Shown one piece after another: positions 29,406-38,413 of a stretch of DNA of 59,584 bases. The notes under the pieces were generated by a model. It saw nothing but the letters and a program-made list of their open reading frames with translations. It was not told where the DNA came from and did not search any database. Every line of letters starts with the position of its first letter. Position 1 is the stretch's first letter. The DNA lies in contig CAKZPG010000096.1 of assembly GCA_937138675.1 (NCBI GenBank), forward strand, positions 1 through 59,584, written 5' to 3'. The translations under genes were made by a program, and so were the position numbers. Origin of the DNA: an uncultured archaeon. GTDB lineage: Archaea > Halobacteriota > Halobacteria > Halobacteriales > Haloferacaceae.

Positions 29406-29591
29406 TTAGGCGTCCGGGCGCCAGCCACAGACGCCGCAGTCGAGGGCCCCCTCGTCGTGGAGGGCGCCACAGTCGGGGCATTGAAGCTTGTTATACGATC
29501 GGTCCCAGCGTACCGGTTCGGTTCCGTGTCCGCGGTCGGCCAAGAACTGGTCGAACAGGTCGTCATCGTCGCTGCTGGGTGCCAATGCCAT
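29406..29591 (-). CDS. Small CPxCG-type zinc-finger protein
   Basis: 61 aa with an acidic N-terminus, then CPDCG...CGVCG. Same strand as the helicase gene and 47 nt upstream of it. Confidence 0.7.
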   Translation of the reverse strand: MALAPSSDDDDLFDQFLADRGHGTEPVRWDRSYNKLQCPDCGALHDEGALDCGVCGWRPDA

Positions 29592-29696
29592 TGCATACCA
29601 TGGTATGACGTGGCACTGCTTATAGCTGACGGCCGCCCTCTGCGGAGATTTATACGTAGGTTGACATTCTCTCCTGCCTGAGGCCGGAGAAGGATA

Positions 29697-31196
29697 TCAA
29701 ATTTGATACAGAGACCGGTATTTCTCTGTCACGTAGTCTGTGAACGCGTCGGCAGTGAACCGCGACCCCGTTGCCTCACGGACGAGGTCGTTCGTCTCCA
29801 GGCGCTTGCCGTGGCCGTGGACGTTCTCGCGGAGCCACTCCCGAAGCGGCCCGAACTCACCTTCACGTGCCCGGTCGGTGATGCCGACGCCTTCGCTCGC
29901 GGCCTCGTACACCTGCGCCGCCATCGCCGACCCGAGCGAGTAGGTCGGGAAGTAACCGAAGTTGCCGGACGACCAGTGGATATCCTGTAGGCAGCCCTCG
30001 GCGTCGTTCTCCGGAGTCACGCCGAGGTACTCGTCCATCTTCTCGTTCCAGACGGCGGGCACCTCCGAGACGTCGAGGTCCCCGCGTATTAGGTCGCGCT
30101 CTATCTCGTAGCGCAGGACAATATGGAGGTGGTAGGTCAATTCGTCGGCCTTCACCCGAATTCGGTTGTCGGGGTCGACACGATTTGCCCAGCCGTACAG
30201 AGCGTCCACCGCGGGTGCGACGCCGAGATGCTCCTCTAGCAGTGGGCGGAGACGCGCGAGGAACGGCCGCGAGCGCCCGACGTGGTTCTCCCACAGACGG
30301 GACTGGGACTCGTGGACTGAGAGGTCCCGCGCTTCACCCAGCGGCGTCCCGTAGTCGTCCTCGGGGAGGCCGAGGGTGTAGCAGGCGTGGCCGAACTCGT
30401 GGACAGTTGGGAAGACGCTCTTCACGGGGTCTTCGGGGTCGAACCGAGTGGTGATCCGCGCGTCGAACACCGTTCCCATCGAGAACGGGTGAGGCGCTGT
30501 GTCGAGGCGCCCGCGGTCCCACGGGTACTCAAGCAGGTCGAGAACGTCCCGCACCAGAGCCTCCTGTGCATCCTCGTCGTAACTCCCTCCGAATGGATTC
30601 GACGGGTCGATATCGCTTGCGCGCACCTTGTCGACGACCGGAACGATTGCGTCCCGGACGTCGGTCAGGACCGCTTCGGCCCGTTCGAGCGGCAGACAGG
30701 GCTCGAACTCCTCGAACAGCACCTCGTACGGGTCACGGTCCGGGTCGACGTGTGCGGCGTACTCGCGCTTCAACTCGACTAAATCCTCCAGATGTGGTGC
30801 GAACTGCTCGAAGTCGGAGGCCTCTCGGGCCCCACGCCACGCCTCCATCGCCTCGCTCGCCCGCGCCGTTGTCTGCTCGACGAGCGCGGTCGGCACCGCT
30901 TCGCGCCGGTCGTACTCCCGGCCGACCTCGCGCAGGAGCGCTCGTTCGTCGTCCGTCTCTGGCTCCGCAGCGGCGATCAGGTTGCCTGTCTCGGGGTCGG
31001 TGAACAGGTCGTGTTCGACCGCGGAGATCGCCGCCAGCTGCCGGGCGCGCGCCGGCGCCCCGCCGGGTGGCATCATCGTCTGCTGGTCCCACGACAGCAC
31101 CTCGCCGGCCGCACCGAGGTTGCGGAGCCGCGTCACCCGACTCACGAGTCGGTCGTAGGTGTCCGCCTCGGCGTCCACGTCGTCAGTCGTCGCCAT
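29697..31196 (-). CDS. Carboxypeptidase M32 (Taq-type)
   Basis: ATG 31196 (MATTDDVDAE...) gives 499 aa. HExxH in VHEFGHACY. DIHWSSGNFGYFPTYSLG motif. Confidence 0.9.
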   Translation of the reverse strand: MATTDDVDAEADTYDRLVSRVTRLRNLGAAGEVLSWDQQTMMPPGGAPARARQLAAISAVEHDLFTDPETGNLIAAAEPETDDERALLREVGREYDRREAVPTALVEQTTARASEAMEAWRGAREASDFEQFAPHLEDLVELKREYAAHVDPDRDPYEVLFEEFEPCLPLERAEAVLTDVRDAIVPVVDKVRASDIDPSNPFGGSYDEDAQEALVRDVLDLLEYPWDRGRLDTAPHPFSMGTVFDARITTRFDPEDPVKSVFPTVHEFGHACYTLGLPEDDYGTPLGEARDLSVHESQSRLWENHVGRSRPFLARLRPLLEEHLGVAPAVDALYGWANRVDPDNRIRVKADELTYHLHIVLRYEIERDLIRGDLDVSEVPAVWNEKMDEYLGVTPENDAEGCLQDIHWSSGNFGYFPTYSLGSAMAAQVYEAASEGVGITDRAREGEFGPLREWLRENVHGHGKRLETNDLVREATGSRFTADAFTDYVTEKYRSLYQI

Positions 31197-31327
31197 AGAT
31201 ATCGAACGGGGGCGGCAAGCTTCAATCCCGGCTTCGCCGCGGTGTTCTGTCGCCCCTGCTCGCACTCTACAGAAGAGCACGGCGAGTGCCTCGGTCCGTG
31301 ATCCTGCAGCGGTTCACGACACGGCCG

Positions 31328-32443
31328 CTATCCTGTCCGCTTGCGCTCTGCCACTCGCCGGTAGATCCGACGGCACCGCGCCAACACCGCAACGGACACT
31401 GACTCATCGGCCGTGTGTGCCTCGCCCGGCTCCGCCGGCCCGCAGACGACACAGGCCGTCCCGGCCGTAGCGAGTCGGCCTGCGTCGGTCGCGTGCGGCT
31501 TCACGATCTTGCTGGGGGTGCCGTCGCCGCCCCCTTCGGCCCGCGCCGCCGCGAGCGTCGCATCCGCGAGTGCGGGCTCAGAACACGCCATCGGCGGGAG
31601 GTCTTGGTCGACGCGCGTTGAGACGCCCGCGACCCCCTTGACGCGCCTGAGATTCGCACGCGCTCCCGGCACCGTTCGCTCGTCTACCGTTACTTCACAG
31701 TGTTTGGGCACGACGTTCCACGCCGACCCACCCTCGACGCCGGTGACAGTGAGCAGTCCCGTCATCGTGTGCCCGAGGACCGTCGTCTCGGGTGGGTCGA
31801 CCGCGCGCAGTTCGGCTATCGCGTCGCAAGCGCGGTCGATGGCGTTCGGGCCCGTGTCCGGCTCGCTCGCGTGTCCGGCCTCGCCGCTGGCCTCGACGGT
31901 CACCGCGCGCCGGCCACGGTGGGCGACCGCGACGTCGGTCACGTCCGGCGCGGAGTAGCCAGTCGACCCCTCGGCCACGATGGCTTGGTCGGGGGCGAAG
32001 CCCGCCTCGACTGCCGCCTGCGCGCCCAGTCCGCCCTGTTCCTCCGCGACGAAGGAAGCGAAGACGAGGTCGGTCGCGGGGTCGGCGTCGCGAAAGGCGA
32101 GCATCGCGGCCGCCAACGCACCCTTCATATCTGCCGTCCCGCGACCGTAGAGTCGCTCGCCGTCGGCCTCAAACGTCAGCCGGTTGCCCCCGTCTGTAAC
32201 GTGCGCCTCAGCCGGCGGCACCACATCGTGGTGGCCGACGAGGGCGAGGGTCGGTCCGCCGTCGACACTCGTTCGTCTCCCGAACACGTTGCCGTGGTTG
32301 TCGCGCCGCACGTTAGCGTCGGTCTCCGTGCGGAGCCACGACTCGACGTGGTCGCCAGCCTGGCGCTCGCCGGCAGCCTCGTGGCTCGGCACCTCGACGA
32401 GGTCGCGGGTCAGGGCGACCAGTTCGTCCTCGGTCACGGCCAT
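31328..32443 (-). CDS. M20-family metallohydrolase (ArgE/DapE/succinyl-diaminopimelate desuccinylase-like)
   Basis: 371 aa. LVGHHDVVP, LYGRGTADMKGALAA and FVAEEQGG metal-ligand motifs. Confidence 0.85.
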   Translation of the reverse strand: MAVTEDELVALTRDLVEVPSHEAAGERQAGDHVESWLRTETDANVRRDNHGNVFGRRTSVDGGPTLALVGHHDVVPPAEAHVTDGGNRLTFEADGERLYGRGTADMKGALAAAMLAFRDADPATDLVFASFVAEEQGGLGAQAAVEAGFAPDQAIVAEGSTGYSAPDVTDVAVAHRGRRAVTVEASGEAGHASEPDTGPNAIDRACDAIAELRAVDPPETTVLGHTMTGLLTVTGVEGGSAWNVVPKHCEVTVDERTVPGARANLRRVKGVAGVSTRVDQDLPPMACSEPALADATLAAARAEGGGDGTPSKIVKPHATDAGRLATAGTACVVCGPAEPGEAHTADESVSVAVLARCRRIYRRVAERKRTG

Positions 32444-32546
32444 AGATCGGCGCGGGAGGTGTTAGGTGCGGCGGCCACGGCGTCTCGCTTCTCTCGACGC
32501 CTCTCGCTTCGCTTCCCTTATACGACCGCACGCCCGACATCTGGGC

Positions 32547-34409
32547 ATGAACGTCGTGCCGGACACGAGCGCCGTCGTCGACGGTCGGGTCACCGAGCGT
32601 CTCGACGCCGGCGAGTACCCCGACGCCCGCATTCTCGTCCCCGAGGCGGTCGTCGGCGAACTGGAGTCACAGGCGAACGAAGGGCGAGACAGCGGCTGGG
32701 ACGGCCTCGCCGAGCTCCGGCGTCTGGCCGACCGCGACGAGAACGGCCTTGCGGTAGAGTACATCGGCCGACGGACGACGGGCGACGAGCGCTCGGCGGC
32801 CCACGAGGGGGATATCGACGCGCTCATTCGTGACTTGGCTGAAGAGCGTGACGCAACGCTCCTGACGAGCGACGGGGTCCAGGCGGAGGTCGGCCGCGCG
32901 AAGGGGCTCACCGTCGACTATATCGAGCCACGGGGTCGCGACACCGAGTCGCTCCGGATCGAGAATCTGTTCGATGAGACGACGATGAGCCTTCATCTCC
33001 GGACGGGGACACCCCCGAAGGCAAAGCGAGGGGCCATCGGCGATATGCATTACGAGACGATCCGTGAGGAAACGACGACTGACGACGAGATGCGCGACTT
33101 CGCGCACGACGTGACAGAGAGCGCCCGGTCGAGTCCGGAGGGCTTCATCGAACTGGAGGAACCGGGCATGACGATCGTTCAGTTTCGTCAGTATCGGATC
33201 GCGGTCGCGCGCCCGCCGTTCGCTGACGCCTTTGAGATCACGGCAGTTCGGCCCATCGTCAAGACCGAACTTGACGACTACGAGTTCGGGGACGAACTCC
33301 GCGAACGCCTCGCGGGCCGCCAGCGTGGTGTCCTCATCTCTGGGGCGCCCGGTGCCGGGAAGTCGACGTTCGCGCAGGCCGTCGCGGAGTACCTCTCCGA
33401 CGCTGACTACGCTGTGAAGACAATGGAGAAGCCGCGTGATCTTCAGGTCGGCCCGGACGTGACACAGTACACGGAACTCGGCGGGTCGATGGCGAAGACT
33501 GCCGACTCCCTATTGATGGTCCGTCCCGACTACACTATCTACGACGAGGTGCGAAAGACCTCTGACTTCGAGGTGTTCTCCGACATGCGCCTCGCCGGCG
33601 TCGGGATGGTCGGTGTCGTCCACGCCACGCGGGCTATCGACGCTCTCCAGCGACTCGTCGGCCGGGTCGAACTCGGGATGATCCCACAGGTTGTCGACAC
33701 CGTCGTCTACATTGAGGCCGGCGAGGTCCACACCGTCTACGACGTGACGACGGATGTGAAGGTGCCCGAGGGGCTCACCGCGGAGGACCTCGCGCGCCCG
33801 GTGATCCGGGTGCGAGACTTCGAGACTGGGCGCCCAGCCTACGAGATCTACACGTTCAACCGGCAGGTCGTCACCGTTCCTGTCGGTGACGACGAGGGCA
33901 ACACCGAGTCCGGTGTCGACCGCATCGCGAAATCCGAGATCGAACGCGAGGTACGGTCGGTCGCTCGCGGCGACGTGACTGTCGACCTGGAGGGCCGTGA
34001 TCGCGCGGTGGTCTACGTCGACGATGACGACATCTCCTATGTGATCGGGAAAGGCGGCAGCCAGGTTCAGGAGCTAGAGCGCACCCTCGGTATCGACATC
34101 GACGTCCGAACCCACGATGAGCGGCCTTCTACGGGCGGGAATAACGGCGGATCCGCTGCGAATGCCAGCGGGCCAATCGACGGCGCCCACGGCGACCCCG
34201 TTCGACCGGAGGTGACCGACCGCCACGTGACCCTGCCGGTCGACGGTCACGTCGGCGAGACGGTAGAGGTGCGTGCCGACGGCGACTATCTGTTCACCGC
34301 GACGGTCGGCCGCGGCGGAGAGATTCAGGTCTCGCGCGGGTCCGCTATCGCGGACGAGCTTGAGGCGGCGCTCGACCACACGGCTCAGGTGACTGTCCTC
34401 CCGGCTTGA
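32547..34409 (+). CDS. PIN-domain / PilT-like ATPase / KH-domain protein
   Basis: ATG 32547 (MNVVPDTSAVVDGRV...) gives 620 aa. N-terminal PIN acidic residues, Walker A GAPGAGKST, KH motif VIGKGGSQVQELE, and an acidic C-terminal extension. Confidence 0.8.
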   Translation: MNVVPDTSAVVDGRVTERLDAGEYPDARILVPEAVVGELESQANEGRDSGWDGLAELRRLADRDENGLAVEYIGRRTTGDERSAAHEGDIDALIRDLAEERDATLLTSDGVQAEVGRAKGLTVDYIEPRGRDTESLRIENLFDETTMSLHLRTGTPPKAKRGAIGDMHYETIREETTTDDEMRDFAHDVTESARSSPEGFIELEEPGMTIVQFRQYRIAVARPPFADAFEITAVRPIVKTELDDYEFGDELRERLAGRQRGVLISGAPGAGKSTFAQAVAEYLSDADYAVKTMEKPRDLQVGPDVTQYTELGGSMAKTADSLLMVRPDYTIYDEVRKTSDFEVFSDMRLAGVGMVGVVHATRAIDALQRLVGRVELGMIPQVVDTVVYIEAGEVHTVYDVTTDVKVPEGLTAEDLARPVIRVRDFETGRPAYEIYTFNRQVVTVPVGDDEGNTESGVDRIAKSEIEREVRSVARGDVTVDLEGRDRAVVYVDDDDISYVIGKGGSQVQELERTLGIDIDVRTHDERPSTGGNNGGSAANASGPIDGAHGDPVRPEVTDRHVTLPVDGHVGETVEVRADGDYLFTATVGRGGEIQVSRGSAIADELEAALDHTAQVTVLPA

Positions 34410-34669
34410 TCCGCCCTCCAGTGTTCACGACAGACGTCGGACGACCCGCGACTGCCTGCTCCGACTTCGCTCCGGGCTGACTGAAGCGCTGACCAGTTCG
34501 GCCGCTAAGGCTGTCTTGGCGGGGACGAGAACAGATGACACACCGCCAGCTCAACGACTGGCGTGACAGCCGGCGCTTGTCGGCGTAGCGTACGCGTTTC
34601 TGGCGACAAACGTCGGGTGTGTCGGCGTTCAGAGTAGACAGACGGCCGATAAGAACAGACGACCGTGGC

Positions 34670-34972
34670 TCAGTCGCACTCGGCACAGGTGTCGTCGCCA
34701 ACGTCGACACCGCCGTCGGCCTCGGCCGGGTCTGCCGGTGGTTCCGTGAGTTGGTAGAGGTTCTGTCGTGCGTCGGCAAAGTAGACATCCTCGTCGACGA
34801 CGTTGATTCGCTCCAGTCGTTCTAAGGCGTAGCGGACGGTGCGCGCCGAGAGCATCGACTCCTCCACGATCCCCTTCTGCGTCAGTGGCCCGTCGTACTC
34901 AAGCACTTTGAACACAAGCTTCGCGCTTGGCGGGAGGTCGTCAATATTGTCAGCGTCGTCCCCTCCAGTCAT
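34670..34972 (-). CDS. Winged-helix transcriptional regulator
   Basis: 100 aa. SAKLVFKVLEYDGPLTQKGIVEESMLSARTVRYALERLERINVV fits a wHTH. C-terminal CxxC. Confidence 0.7.
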   Translation of the reverse strand: MTGGDDADNIDDLPPSAKLVFKVLEYDGPLTQKGIVEESMLSARTVRYALERLERINVVDEDVYFADARQNLYQLTEPPADPAEADGGVDVGDDTCAECD

Positions 34973-35228
34973 CAGTAAAATACAGCAGAGCCACGGTCAT
35001 AAAGATTGATACCCCGCGGGGCGCGCGTGGGCGATACATCAACGCGGCGGGGCGTCTTAGCCGGCGACGAGCGTCGTCCTCCTGCACCGCCTTGCCTCCC
35101 AGCCCAGTCGTCGGCTACACCGTGCCTACAGCCCACTTCGTCTCTCACCTCGCCTCACGGCATCTCGCTTCGCCCGGTAGCACGCCCGGAACGAACTCCT
35201 TTTGCCGTCGGCTCGCAGAGTTCGACCC

Positions 35229-35543
35229 ATGGCAACGGAAACGGCTACCGGACTCTCCGGGCACCTCCGGGGAGTGACGGTTACCACGCTCGCCTGTCTC
35301 GCCGGCGTGGTCGCCGCCGTCATCTCCGGCGTCCTCGTCGGCACCGACCCCGCAGCGGCGGCCGACCGACGGACGATTGGTGTCCTCGCTGCGTTTGTCC
35401 TTGTTCAGTTCCCGATTCTGAGAGCTGTCGGCATCGACGCCACCGAGTTCGGGATCAAAGACAATCTCTACTTGGTGTTCATGACGTTCGTCCTCTGGTT
35501 CGTCACGCTCACCATCCTCCTCAGCTCCGGCGTCTCGCTCTAA
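35229..35543 (+). CDS. Small polytopic membrane protein (possibly EMC6-like), overlapping the abce1 start (TAATG)
   Basis: ATG 35229 (MATETATGLSG...) gives 104 aa with 3 hydrophobic spans. Its TAA stop overlaps the abce1 ATG by one base. Confidence 0.65.
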   Translation: MATETATGLSGHLRGVTVTTLACLAGVVAAVISGVLVGTDPAAAADRRTIGVLAAFVLVQFPILRAVGIDATEFGIKDNLYLVFMTFVLWFVTLTILLSSGVSL

Positions 35544-37396
35544 TGGCCGACGACAGCATCGCGGTCGTCGACCTCGACCGGTGTCAGCCGGATCGGTGTA
35601 ACTACGAGTGCGCGAACTTCTGCCCGCCAAACCGGACCGGAAAAGACTGTATCGTCACCCGCGAGAAACACTACGACGCGGAGGGTCAAGACGAGTACGA
35701 CGGCGCCTCGGACCAGGTCTGGATCTCGGAGGAGATCTGCCTCGGGGAGAGCTGTGGTATCTGCGTCGAGAAGTGCCCGTTCGATGCAATCGAGATCATC
35801 AATCTCCCGCAGGAGCTTGAGGACGACCCCGTCCACCGCTACGGTGACAACGCGTTTGCGCTGTACGGCTTGCCCGTCCCCGACGCCGGACGCGTGACCG
35901 GCGTTCTCGGCCCGAACGGTATCGGGAAGACAACCGCGGTCCGGATGCTCGCGGGTGAGATGGTGCCGAACCTCGGCGCCGTCAATAAGGACCCAGACTG
36001 GGACACCGTCCTCGACCGCTTCCGTGGTACCGAACTCCAGCCGTACGTCGAGCGCCTGCGTGCCGAAGAACTCACCGTGGCGCGAAAGCCCCAGTACGTC
36101 GACCAGATCCCCGAGCGCTTCGACGGTACAACCCGCGACCTGCTTGCGCGCACCGACGAGCGCGGTGTCCTCAACGACCTGATCGACCGCCTGTCGATCC
36201 GGCCTGTCGTCGACCAGCCTATCGACTCGCTGTCGGGCGGCGAACTCCAGCGGGTTGCGCTTGCAGCGACCGTCGCGCGCGACGTCGACTTCTATTTCCT
36301 TGACGAGGTGACTCCCTACCTCGACATCGGTCAGCGTGTCGCCGCCGCGCGCCTCGTTGCCGACCTCGCCGAGGACGACGACCGCGATCGCTCCGTACTG
36401 GTCGTCGAACACGACCTCGCGGTACTCGATCTCCTCGCTGATGCCCTTCACGTCACCTACGGCCGTCCGGGCGTGTTCGGCGTCGTCACCGGCCCAAAGT
36501 CGACTCGCAACGGGATCAACGAGTATCTGAACGGCTATCTCGACAACGAGAACATGCGGATTCGCCAGGAGTCGATCACCTTCGAAGAGCACGCGCCCCG
36601 CGCCTCGACGACGGGAGCGCCGCTGCTTGAGTATCCCAATCTCTCGCACTCCTACGGTGAGGACGCCTTCTCGCTCAACGTCGAGGCCGGAACCGTCTAT
36701 CGCGGCGAGGTGCTGGGCATCGTCGGCCCGAACGGCATCGGGAAGTCGACGTTCGCACAGCTGCTCGCCGGGTCGCTTGAACCCGACGAGGGTGAGCTGG
36801 ACACCCACCTCGATATCGCGTACAAGCCCCAGTACGTTGAGGTCGATCAGCCGATGCGGGTCGACGCCTTTCTCTCCTCTCTCACCGACGACTTCGGCAC
36901 GTCGTTGTGGAACACGGAGATCAGGGACCCGCTTCAGCTAGAGCGGGTCATGGAACAACGCCTCCCCGACCTTTCCGGAGGCGAACGCCAGCGTGTTGCC
37001 ATCGCCGCAACGCTGTCGCGCGACGCCGACCTCTACCTTCTGGACGAACCGAGCGCTCACCTCGACGTGGAACAGCGGGTGCGCGCGACGACCGCTATCC
37101 GACGGTACGCGGAGAACCACGACACGACTGCGATGGTTATCGACCACGACATCTACATGATAGACCTGCTCGCAGACCGCCTGCTGGTGTTCGAGGGCGA
37201 ACCGGCGAAGCGCGGCCACGCTGCGCCGCCACAGGGGATGCGCGACGGCATGAATGAGTTTCTCGCGGATCTTGATGTGACCTTCCGGCGCGACGCGCGC
37301 ACGGGCCGCCCGCGTATCAACAAGCCAGGGAGTCAGAAGGACCGCGAACAAAAGCGGGCAGGCGAGTACTACTACGCGCCAGAAGAGAGCCGCTAG
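35543..37396 (+). CDS. abce1: ABCE1 / RNase L inhibitor homolog (ribosome recycling ATPase)
   Basis: ATG 35543 (MADDSIAVVDLDRCQPDRCNYECANFCPP) gives 617 aa. Two 4Fe-4S motifs (the second is CGICVEKCP). Two ABC cassettes (GPNGIGKTT, GPNGIGKST; LSGGELQR, LSGGERQR). Confidence 0.96.
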   Translation: MADDSIAVVDLDRCQPDRCNYECANFCPPNRTGKDCIVTREKHYDAEGQDEYDGASDQVWISEEICLGESCGICVEKCPFDAIEIINLPQELEDDPVHRYGDNAFALYGLPVPDAGRVTGVLGPNGIGKTTAVRMLAGEMVPNLGAVNKDPDWDTVLDRFRGTELQPYVERLRAEELTVARKPQYVDQIPERFDGTTRDLLARTDERGVLNDLIDRLSIRPVVDQPIDSLSGGELQRVALAATVARDVDFYFLDEVTPYLDIGQRVAAARLVADLAEDDDRDRSVLVVEHDLAVLDLLADALHVTYGRPGVFGVVTGPKSTRNGINEYLNGYLDNENMRIRQESITFEEHAPRASTTGAPLLEYPNLSHSYGEDAFSLNVEAGTVYRGEVLGIVGPNGIGKSTFAQLLAGSLEPDEGELDTHLDIAYKPQYVEVDQPMRVDAFLSSLTDDFGTSLWNTEIRDPLQLERVMEQRLPDLSGGERQRVAIAATLSRDADLYLLDEPSAHLDVEQRVRATTAIRRYAENHDTTAMVIDHDIYMIDLLADRLLVFEGEPAKRGHAAPPQGMRDGMNEFLADLDVTFRRDARTGRPRINKPGSQKDREQKRAGEYYYAPEESR

Positions 37397-37914
37397 CGAA
37401 GGAGCCGTGAGCAGGAGCCACAGAGATTCTCTTCTTTCACGTCCACCTCGCGGACGGTGGGCGAGAAGCTCATGACACACCGGTCGTTGTCACAGTGTTC
37501 CAGCCCAAACGTATGGCCCACCTCGTGGACAACCTCTTTTCGGACCCGGTCGTCGAACACTTCGGACTGTGGCTTCGTGGTGACCCCGCCGTCCGAACTC
37601 GTCTGGAGCCGGTACGTGGAGATGACGGAGCCGTTGCCGTTGAGATAAGCGAGGCCAAAGACGTAGTTCCGCCGGCGGTAGTACAGGTCTTCGGAGGTCA
37701 CTCCGATGTTCTTGTCGCCGCTCCCGACGCGGCTCGCGAGTTCGATGAACTCCTCGGCGCGATACTGGTTTCGGCTCCGGTCGAACGCGCCCTCGGGGAT
37801 CGCTTGGTTGTCGTGGACCGAGACGTCAACGTCGTAGACTGACTGCAGGGCGCTCGAGGCCTCGGTCATCACCCTGCCGTTCACGCCTCCAACGGGCACA
37901 ATGTCCACGAGCAT
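37393..37914 (-). CDS. amzA: Archaemetzincin (zinc metalloprotease)
   Basis: ATG 37914 (MLVDIVPVGG...) gives 173 aa. HEVGHTFGLEHC plus CVMSF and CGSC zinc motifs. The upstream 172 codons of the ORF are non-acidic read-through. Confidence 0.88.
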   Translation of the reverse strand: MLVDIVPVGGVNGRVMTEASSALQSVYDVDVSVHDNQAIPEGAFDRSRNQYRAEEFIELASRVGSGDKNIGVTSEDLYYRRRNYVFGLAYLNGNGSVISTYRLQTSSDGGVTTKPQSEVFDDRVRKEVVHEVGHTFGLEHCDNDRCVMSFSPTVREVDVKEENLCGSCSRLLR

Positions 37915-37956
37915 AGGCTGATTACATAACCGCTGGGTGCTAAACGTTCCGCAGTC

Positions 37957-38370
37957 GTGCGCTCCCTGTCCGACGTTCTCACTCGGTACGACCGTCTTGT
38001 CGAGGTCGGAGTCGGTGACCGAACGGGCCTCGCCGCCGCCCTCGCGGACGCCGGCCACGAGGTGGTCATCGTCGACATTACCCCGCCCGCACCGCCGCCC
38101 GGTGTCCGTGCCGTCCGTGACGATGTTGTCGCCCGTGCCGAGTCGGTCGAACGGGCACGCCGCGACGGTCGCCCCCCGGACTTCGGCCCTTACGCCGGCG
38201 CAGACGCCGTCTACGCCCGTCGGCTTCCGCCAGAACTCCAGCGCCCGGCGCTGACCGTTGCGCGCGTCGTTGACGCGCCTCTCCTGTTCACGACGCTCGG
38301 GGGCGACCCCGTTCTTGTCAAGGCGAGCGTCGAGACGGTCACTGAGGGGACGCTCTACCGCGCCAATTGA
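37957..38370 (+). CDS. UPF0146-family (methyltransferase-fold-like) protein
   Basis: 137 aa with a GTG start. [29 protein letters not shown] resembles the archaeal UPF0146 Rossmann-like N-terminus. Confidence 0.55.
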   Translation: MRSLSDVLTRYDRLVEVGVGDRTGLAAALADAGHEVVIVDITPPAPPPGVRAVRDDVVARAESVERARRDGRPPDFGPYAGADAVYARRLPPELQRPALTVARVVDAPLLFTTLGGDPVLVKASVETVTEGTLYRAN

Positions 38371-38413
38371 GCCGAAAGAGAAGACACTACTCGCTCGCAC
38401 TCGGCAGTGGCGT

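Noticed and set aside
35006-35542. Long N-terminal extensions of ORFs in the track. Examples are abce1 from 35006, uvrA from 9198, the zinc-ribbon gene from 18691, amzA up to 38430, tuf from 3513, the HAD gene from 38258 and the M32 gene up to 31280.
   Set aside because: The extensions are basic and low-complexity, overlap other supported genes, and the internal starts give N-termini typical of each family.
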